Positions 56,619 to 64,000 of a DNA stretch of 64,000 nucleotides are shown piece by piece (the stretch's first letter is position 1; every line of letters begins with the position of its first letter). This DNA comes from Elsinoe ampelina. Lineage: Eukaryota. Made by a program: the position numbers and the translations under genes. The notes beneath the pieces were generated by a model, which worked only from the letters and a program-made list of their open reading frames with translations, made no database searches and was not told where the DNA came from. The DNA lies in the NCBI GenBank assembly GCA_010093995.1, contig ML992526.1, positions 1-64,000 of the forward strand, given 5' to 3'.

Positions 56619-57516
56619 ATGAGCCCAGGATCAGTTGAAGCTTGTACTTGCCCTGGGCCGAGAACTCGCGGAATCCGTTCGAAGGGAGGAAGCACTAGAA
56701 GCGATGACGCGAAAGCTGCAGAAAGAACTCAGCAAGCTGTCGGACAACATCAACCAGCACCCAGATCTATCAATCTGGATGCGGTGTCACCACACACATG
56801 TCCAGAACATGGGAGCTCGAGGTCGAAGAAAAGCCGCAAAGCCATGGGCGACTGCAACCGACAATACCGCAGGCTCAGGCAGTGGCACTGCACGAGCGAA
56901 ATGTCCAAGCTGGACAATTCTGTGAGGAGGAGGTGGAAGGCGAGAGCAGAGACTGCAGAAGAGGAACATCAGAAGACATATTCGATCGTCGGAGGAATGA
57001 CAATGCCGGGTTGTGGGCTGAGAGGGAGAGCCATTGAGCTACAATGCGATTTCTACTTCCTGCTATACAAAATGGCACTAGTTCAGAGAGAGTCTTCAAA
57101 GGCTGTAGTCGCGAAGGCGACAGAGGAGTTCAACGAGATGAGGGGCCGACAGAGACGAGACCAGGGAGAGAGAGCAGGAAGGAAGTTTGAGGAATGTCAG
57201 GGACTTGTGTCGGAACGCGACAGACTCAAGCAGCGGAAGACTGTTGCAGAAGAGCAGGCAGCCTTCGACCAAGTAAGGTACAGCGATGTCTACGTAGGAC
57301 TGGTGGAGCAGCGAAGGCATATGCGTCAGAGCTACAGGGTGCCTTGCTTCTAGAGCAAATACAGGGTGCTAGGACAGTGAGGGGAGGCGAACGATGCAGC
57401 CCATGCAAGTGTCACTTCAGCGAACGAGACCAACAAGCGGCTTGAAGAAGAACTTGCGGCCATGCAACAGCGACTGAATCTGGTCAAGAATGGGGCAAGC
57501 AAAGGCGATGTTTGAA
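56619..57516 (+). pseudogene. Possible frameshifted coiled-coil gene remnant
   Basis: Glu/Lys/Arg/Gln-rich helical peptides appear in turn in different + frames, without convincing introns to link them. Confidence 0.3.
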
Positions 57517-58134
57517 GACGCCGGAGCGAGGACCTTGCTTCAGCAGTGGCTGGGGCAGCAGGGTTGGTGGTCAGTGAGTCAGCAAGTCAGGTATAGCATC
57601 GAAGGAGAAGAGCAGGCAAGGTGTTGCAGATGAGAAGTGAGTCCGTATTTGTTGTGCTGGTCCAGCCAGCTTTTCCCGTGGCTCTCTGGTAGGATAAAAG
57701 AAGCAAAAGCAGCGCAGAGTGGTATCCCTTTTCCATCCATAACGTCGTTATATCTGTACATGTGCTTCGTAATCCCGTTGTCGTGGCGGTGAGTCCTCAT
57801 GACCTAACCATTACTAGCCATGCGCCCAAAGGAAAAGAAAGACCTTGCTGAGACAGAAATGTTGAGGCTTCCAGCTGATGTGTCGTACTGATCTGCTAGT
57901 GACCGCGACAAGGGCTTCGTGTTGTCAACAATCATGGCGTGCTAGATGATTCCGGTGCGAAGTGGGGCGAGTGTTTCCGAGAAATGACTCGGCACATCTC
58001 GAGAGATAGAGAGAGAGCCATCTCGAAGAGTCACACATCGTCTCGTGTAGCAAATCTGTAGCCTAATGTCGTACCCGGGATCTGACATGTCTGCATTCCT
58101 GCCCGACCAAGTATCTCCAGCATCACTCTCCCGG

Positions 58135-58428
58135 TCATCGAGGGAGGGGATGTCGTAATGAGGTTGTTGGCGATAGGGCGTTTCCTAAGGTGTATGGTGA
58201 GGTGTTCATATAAACATGTGTGCTAGAGCCAGCGAGGCTACGTTCGATGTATGATACTGGTGAATATCCCATCCGCCGGCGCGAGTGAGCAGCGCAAGCA
58301 TATCCTACCCACATGGTCCTCTCCTCGATCCTATGGCCTCTTCCATACGGATTCCGACACGGCTGTACCGCATGTTGGTAGTAGATGCAGCGGCAATGAG
58401 CATAGCGCTCAGTAATGCGGATACACAT
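58135..58428 (-). CDS. Small Cys/His-rich protein, 97 aa
   Basis: MC...ERYAHCRCIYYQHAVQPC...GH...VGYACAAH resembles a small uncharacterised fungal family as I recall it; no signal peptide. Confidence 0.6.
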   Translation of the reverse strand: MCIRITERYAHCRCIYYQHAVQPCRNPYGRGHRIEERTMWVGYACAAHSRRRMGYSPVSYIERSLAGSSTHVYMNTSPYTLGNALSPTTSLRHPLPR

Positions 58429-59392
58429 CCTGACTTTCGTTCTGGTCGTCCGCCAGTATGATAATAATGTAAACGTGCTCGAGTAGTGTAGATCGACAAC
58501 AACAGAAGTGGAGCCTTAAACAAGAGAATGGAAACTTAAGATACCCTCGACAAGTGGCAAGAACAAACGTAGACCCAAAAGTCAAGTTGCACATGACGCT
58601 CCTTACTCACCCTTCCCAGTCAAGTACCAAGTACCACACCCATCTGCCATCGACATCAGGCACCACTCCTACCCCTCACGTACTAGGGAACAACGTCCAT
58701 CCGATATCCGTGACTGGCCGTGCACAGCAGAAAGAGGCTCTAGTGACCAGCTTATAGGTCCATCACCTCAAGCTGGACAAAGCACCAAGCCCTCATCCGG
58801 TACCCGCGGAGTGTTGGCCAACCACAGGAGGGGGACAAAGGTGGTGCACAGGAACCACAAAGGAAACAGACGAGAAAAGGCACCAGAGAGGTGGACAGAC
58901 AGAAAAAAAGTATGACTGATCACCCCAAATGACGAACGTCGGAGGCCTGGAACGCAGCTGAAGTCGTGAAGGCCGCCATCGAGGTCGGAGATCAGTCAGC
59001 GTCGACTCATGGCCCCCTATCGCTCGGTGCGCGAAAAGGCGATACGCGGCTCTGATTGGCACGTAAGGACAAGAGCATGTCAGGGTCGAGGATCCTTCCA
59101 CGTGGATGCGAGGGTTCTGAATGGGTAGACGGTCGAAGAAAAAAGGCAAGAATGATGAGGACCGACAACGCTGAGAGGTCGAGGCAGCAGGGGAGGCTTT
59201 TTTCAGCCGCGGCCTGTGCGGCTCTGCGGGTGTCAGATTCATCCATCATTTCACGTGCATCTTCGTGGGCAGTGAGCATCTTGTCTTGCGGCTGAGAATG
59301 GCCAGGGGAATCTGGTTGATCCGAGGCTGTGGGACGATCGAGGGCCACATGTCATGCTTTTCGTGGGTAACGATAAGGTCTTTGATCCGGAA

Positions 59393-60913
59393 CTAGAATA
59401 TCCTGGATGTGCTTGGTCTTACCCACTCTACTTGATGACACGGTCTCTCTTCCATCCAGGACTTGATCTTTCTAGTATCCCATCCTGCGATGAACCGCCT
59501 GTCTTCATCTGTCCATCTCGTCGCGTCATCTCCTGCTACCGCAGCTGGATCCTTCTGCCGACCGTACCGGATCGACCGAACGAAGATGCACTTCTTCTTG
59601 TGATAGGTCCATTGGAAGCAGTCTGTTGCCTTTTGGCACGCGGACGCACATGTATCCGCTGTCTTTTGCGGCTCGTAGGGATCGTCGGCGTTCGGTTCGA
59701 AGCTATCCCACTCGCCATTATCCCAGTCTTGCTTTGTCTGCAGGGATGTAAAGTTGAAGTAGTCCATGGCCAGGTCGTGGTATAAGAGCGGTTGAAACGT
59801 CTTCCTGTGCTCCCACTCCCACCGCCACAGCTTGGGGACATCCTCGTCGAAAGTTTTGTGCAAGCTGAGTACCGGCTGACACCAATATCGATCGGCAAAG
59901 GGTATTCCATGTAGAGGGTGGGGGTTGAACATCGGCCAAAGTCCTTCAAGATCGACTCCAGAACCATGTAGTGCCCAACCGAGTACGCTGTCGCCGCAGC
60001 AATCCCCTAGCAGCTCTCCCCAGTATTTCCTCATTGCAGCACTCCCTTGCCATTCTCCAGTGCTCTTTCTGTAGTCATCCTTGACGAGACGCTTCATCGC
60101 ACCTCTGCTGAGTATGAACCCCGGTCCTCCATTCCCAAACCAGGTGCCGTCTCTTCCAGGAGACGGTGAGCCGAAATAATGTGGTTGATCCGCATCGAAC
60201 ATGGACAACAGCCTGAACACCGTATCCCAAACAACATAAGTATCCCCCTCGTAAAACACATACCATCTCTTGTCCGGCGCCATCATCCACGCCCGACTGA
60301 TGGCCGGCAGGAACTTGAACTTGTCCGTCTTCCACCCTTCCGTCGCAGTCATGGTCAACGCCGACGCCTTTCCATCCGCCAACTGAGCCGTCAACTCCTT
60401 GTACGGCCCGAATTGATCCGTACTATCCAGCAAATCCTTCGGTACATCGCTCAGCACATCGATCAACCCATGTCCATCAACGAAATCTTCCGCGTCCGAG
60501 AAAATGAGGAGATTCTCCAGACAAGCCGAGTGACCCTGCAGCGAGTGCCGTACCCGTTCAAGAACGCCATGGCCACTCTTCAACACCGGCTGGATGTCCC
60601 GCAGCTGATGTCCAGGGAACGATGCGCAAAGCTCGTCGATGGTCGCATTCCAGGCGGTAGTGCTGTCCACGGGTCGAAAAGACGTGGCCGTTTTCCAAGG
60701 ATAGAAGTCCGTTTCCTCTGCGGTAGCAGCTTCTGCGTCTTCAGCATGCCCTCCAGGATGGATGAGTTTCACTATTGGATGATCGGCATCGCGCAGGTAG
60801 TAAACCCCGCTCACCACCAGAGTGAACACAAAGACACCCAGCGGCCAGAGGATTCGTCGAAGTAGGGTCGGATTGGCCATGTGCGATCCGTCGAGTAAAG
60901 AATAGCTAGTCAT
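59393..60913 (-). CDS. Glycosyltransferase family 31 (fringe-like), type II membrane protein with C-terminal PAN/apple-like Cys module
   Basis: N-terminal transmembrane helix; GWKTDKFKFLP, WYVFYEGDTYV, GGPGFILS and CCGDSVLG; C-terminal CASAC...CFQW...C. Confidence 0.87.
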   Translation of the reverse strand: MTSYSLLDGSHMANPTLLRRILWPLGVFVFTLVVSGVYYLRDADHPIVKLIHPGGHAEDAEAATAEETDFYPWKTATSFRPVDSTTAWNATIDELCASFPGHQLRDIQPVLKSGHGVLERVRHSLQGHSACLENLLIFSDAEDFVDGHGLIDVLSDVPKDLLDSTDQFGPYKELTAQLADGKASALTMTATEGWKTDKFKFLPAISRAWMMAPDKRWYVFYEGDTYVVWDTVFRLLSMFDADQPHYFGSPSPGRDGTWFGNGGPGFILSRGAMKRLVKDDYRKSTGEWQGSAAMRKYWGELLGDCCGDSVLGWALHGSGVDLEGLWPMFNPHPLHGIPFADRYWCQPVLSLHKTFDEDVPKLWRWEWEHRKTFQPLLYHDLAMDYFNFTSLQTKQDWDNGEWDSFEPNADDPYEPQKTADTCASACQKATDCFQWTYHKKKCIFVRSIRYGRQKDPAAVAGDDATRWTDEDRRFIAGWDTRKIKSWMEERPCHQVEWVRPSTSRIF

Positions 60914-61443
60914 GTTGCGGAGCGGTGATGTAAGGAAATGGAACGGCAGGAGCGAACGCAAGGCAAGGAGATAGGGAGGGAAAATGTGCCACGCATTCTT
61001 GCTGGTGCTGCAAGGTGCCCGTGGCTGTACAGTACCTGCTTGGGAGGGCGCCTGAGGGTGCACTGCTTCCGCTCATTGGGCCTGACACTATTGACATGAA
61101 GACTTTGATTTTGTCGCATGTTTATCAATTGGCACGGTGAATTGGAGACTTGTGAAATGCGGCATGGGTTTCATTGAGATGCATGGCGGATGATGCGGCA
61201 CAGATGGGTCGAGATTGTTGGAATGGGAGGAAGTGAAGGAGGGAAGAGTGCAGGGCGGCAGGGAATGTCTTGAAAATGCCAGGTTTTTTGGCGGGTCAGG
61301 TAATGTTTCTGTCAACATCCCACAATTGATAAACAGCATGTGCCGTCTTTTGGCTTGTCGCCAACGGGAATAGCACGTGTCTCCCAAGGGGATCATATAA
61401 TACATCGTAATTCAAGGTCGTCTACAGCATACCGTAATACAGC

Positions 61444-63303
61444 TTAGTCAAGCCCAAGCAGACTCTCCAACTCTTCCGGACTCAACGTCGACTTTCTCCT
61501 CTTGGGTCGGCCCTTTATCTTTGTCTTCTTTGCAGGACTGCGTAGTGCTCCAATATCATCGTTCATCTCCAGCTCAAGTTCGCTATCCATGACGGATCCT
61601 CCGATTGGTTTGTTCAGCGCTTCCTCGGCTTCAGACTGAGCAGCTCTGAGCTTGTCTTGCATTGTCATCTGTGGGACGTCTTCCTCGAGGAATGAAGATG
61701 ACTGTGGTGGTTCCACTTGGACGGCAGTCTTCCTTGCCGAAGTTTGTGACCGACCCACTTCGAATACTGGCTTACGTATCTGTGGAGTATCAGAATCTGC
61801 GTTGAGGTTGAGCATGGCAATTCCTACCTTTCCTGATCTTGTACGAGATCCTTGATCTAAGGACCTGTTTTCTACGTCCGAAGAGGACAACTCCGGTGTC
61901 GGTACGTATCTCTGATGAAGTGACTCCAAGACTTCTGAGCTGTCGACTTGAGGTGGCTCAAAGGCTACTCGCTTGGGAGACTGCAGGCGAGAAGGCGATT
62001 GCAACCTTCTGGGCGACTGGATGTTGCTGCTCAGCTGTCTAAGCTGTTGACCTTGCACCGCCTTAGCGGGTCGGAGGTCGAAGAACTCTGGTGGATCGAC
62101 AGCGGTCTGCTTGACGGGTGAGGGCAGTGCAGGCATTGACGGAGTCTCTTCCTCGGTCAGCCCGCTGACTCCGCTGTCTCGAGACACGATTTCAGCCTCA
62201 GTAGAGTCCTCGTCGTTCATCCCACCATGCATGCTCGGACGTGGTAAGCGTGAAGGGCTCATGGTCTGCCTAATCTCCTCGAAGCCAGCGTCAAGTCCGA
62301 GTCCACGTTTGAGGTCGTCAAGGTTGATTGTATCACCGGTTCTCTCCAATCTTTTTCGCCATCCATCCATCATAACAAGTACATCTTTCCACCTGGCTTC
62401 CATCATCTCCCATCCTTCTCTTAGTCGGCCAATTTCCTCGTCTCGAATATCCACTTCTTCGACTGACACAAAGTTCGGATTTGTCAACAGATTGCGAAGT
62501 GTGTCCATGACAGTCTCCATGTCAATCGCTATGCTTTCGTAAACTGGTTGTCCACTGTTCGGCACAGTTTGTACATCGGCTGTTCTCGGTATTCCCAAGA
62601 GATCCTGCAATGTCTGTAGCGTGTTTCGTACAAGCGAAAGGAGACCGTCGTTCTCGTCGCTCAAGCTCTGGCTAAGTTGTGTCAGAAATTCGTTGGTCTC
62701 CTGCTTCAGCGTGTATTCCGGGTCGGCCAGAGAATGGAGGGACATGTTAAAGCTGGGCTGAGACCTTGATCCACCATTGATGCTGATAGATGGAGCCACA
62801 ACCAAGCTCTTGTTTCCACGTTGTTGACCCTGTAGATGACTCTTGAGCTTTTCGATCTGGAGATCTCGCTTGCGCAAGTCGGCCGTACATTGTGCCTTGA
62901 TCTGTTCTGCCAGTGTCTTTGTCTTCGCGAGCTGTGTTTGTAGTGTCTTGACTGATATTTGGACTTTTTTAAGATCAGCTTTGGCGTTGCGCGCATCCAC
63001 TTGGGCTTGCGTCAAGGCTCTCTCCTTCTCTGCCAGTCGGTTTTGTAGTCTCTCAATCTCAGAGTCTTTGCGAGTGTTTTCGATTCGAAGACTCCGGATT
63101 ATGTCTGCCGCCTGTTCGCGACCATCTTCGTCCTTGTCGCGCCTCAATAAAAGGTCGTGCACGAGATTGATGATCTGAGCGCGTGTCTCGCGAGTGGGTT
63201 TCGCAAAGTCGACACTCTTGCCATTGCGCAACAGTCCTCGTGCTAGAAGGAGATTGTTGACATATGTCGAAGCTGTGATGAGTGTCTCCGACTCCATTGC
63301 CAT
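61444..63303 (-). CDS. tinA: ADIP/Msd1-family coiled-coil microtubule-anchoring protein (NIMA-interacting TinA-like)
   Basis: ASTYVNNLLLARGLL, IINLVHDL, a long coiled coil, LTNPNFVSVEEV and RRKSTLSPEEL; probable in-frame intron at 61780-61827. Confidence 0.8.
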   Translation of the reverse strand: MAMESETLITASTYVNNLLLARGLLRNGKSVDFAKPTRETRAQIINLVHDLLLRRDKDEDGREQAADIIRSLRIENTRKDSEIERLQNRLAEKERALTQAQVDARNAKADLKKVQISVKTLQTQLAKTKTLAEQIKAQCTADLRKRDLQIEKLKSHLQGQQRGNKSLVVAPSISINGGSRSQPSFNMSLHSLADPEYTLKQETNEFLTQLSQSLSDENDGLLSLVRNTLQTLQDLLGIPRTADVQTVPNSGQPVYESIAIDMETVMDTLRNLLTNPNFVSVEEVDIRDEEIGRLREGWEMMEARWKDVLVMMDGWRKRLERTGDTINLDDLKRGLGLDAGFEEIRQTMSPSRLPRPSMHGGMNDEDSTEAEIVSRDSGVSGLTEEETPSMPALPSPVKQTAVDPPEFFDLRPAKAVQGQQLRQLSSNIQSPRRLQSPSRLQSPKRVAFEPPQVDSSEVLESLHQRYVPTPELSSSDVENRSLDQGSRTRSGKVGIAMLNLNADSDTPQIRKPVFEVGRSQTSARKTAVQVEPPQSSSFLEEDVPQMTMQDKLRAAQSEAEEALNKPIGGSVMDSELELEMNDDIGALRSPAKKTKIKGRPKRRKSTLSPEELESLLGLD

Positions 63304-63766
63304 GTCGTATGGTCACTTGGAAGTAATGGGCGATACTGCGACCACACGCAAAGAGCAAGCGTCGGGAGCAGCCAAAAACAACCTCGAGCCACAACAGTCT
63401 TCCACTTTGGGCTAGCGCAGCCTCAGCTTGGCAATTTGTTCCCCTCCTCTCAGAGCCTCCTCTGCTACTCCACTGCAACACTATCGCCACGGCTGACCTG
63501 GTCGGATTGACTGTGAACAAAGCGGAGACCAATGAGCCCTCCTGCGCATTCTGCAGCTTCCAAGGTGATGATCGGCCCCTCACTTTCTACCGTCGGCCTC
63601 GTGGTGACTTCGGACTTCAGTGTGGGGATGGCGCTTCAATGTCCGATGCATCAGAGATGGGCCTTGGATCAATTGGCATGGCGGTAGGTCATAAAAGGAC
63701 CAGACCCCAGTAACTCCTTCTCTCTCTACTACTCTACCACCAGAAACTGTTGATCGAATTGCAAAC

Positions 63767-64000
63767 ATGGCAAAGACTTACCCTACTCACGACGGTACGC
63801 AAGGAGTCCGGGATCGGACTTTCCTTCGCCATACTGACCATTCGCAGAGGTCATGGCCTGTAGTGAAGCAGTACACACCTGGGCCGAGTCCTACGACAGC
63901 AAGGTGAGACAACGTGGTCGTCCACTGCAACTCCTGCTCATTCAATCAGGATTGGGACAGACTGAGGACCGTCGTCGCACCCACTCTTCGAATTGACTAT
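63767..64000 (+). CDS. SCD1: Scytalone dehydratase, 5' part (runs off the window)
   Basis: Introns 63795-63847 and 63904-63949 give MAKTYPTHDEVMACSEAVHTWAESYDSKDWDRLRTVVAPTLRIDY, the characteristic scytalone dehydratase N-terminus; absent from the ORF track. Confidence 0.9.

Noticed and set aside
60914..61063. N-terminal extension of the GT31 ORF
   Set aside because: Begins at a non-ATG codon; ATG 60913 gives a normal type II membrane topology.

Overview
Gene-dense window (about 33 protein-coding loci) from a filamentous ascomycete (Pezizomycotina; a Dothideomycete is plausible but inferred). Genes have short GT-AG introns with CTRAC/CTAAC branch sites, so the ORF track splits or misses many of them; models here were spliced by hand. 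Recognisable loci include a PTH11-like receptor, an OSCA/CSC1 channel, SUR2, ALO1, RRP7, a PAQR/IZH protein, SEC63, esdC, a GT31 glycosyltransferase, an ADIP/TinA protein, the 5' end of a scytalone dehydratase, and a divergent rhaR-lraC pair with a CGG-N11-CCG site. Three things stand out. (1) At 19.4-21.3 kb, two tandem intronless Doc-type Fic genes (HxFQDGNKR) face a three-exon gene missed by the ORF track, whose spliced C-terminus (DAEFAAHSQDSAKEL) resembles the Doc-neutralising tail of phage P1 Phd; this is a candidate fungal Phd/Doc-like toxin-antitoxin module. (2) The heptamer CTACCAG/CTGGTAG is strongly concentrated in and beside the two transcription-factor genes, especially in their long introns, where it forms splice acceptors and hairpins. 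(3) A 19-kb, ten-gene candidate aromatic-catabolism cluster lies at 29.4-48.3 kb with its own C2H2/Zn2Cys6 regulator. No rRNA, tRNA, CRISPR array or intact transposon was recognised. All counts and alignments were done by eye; no database searches were run.
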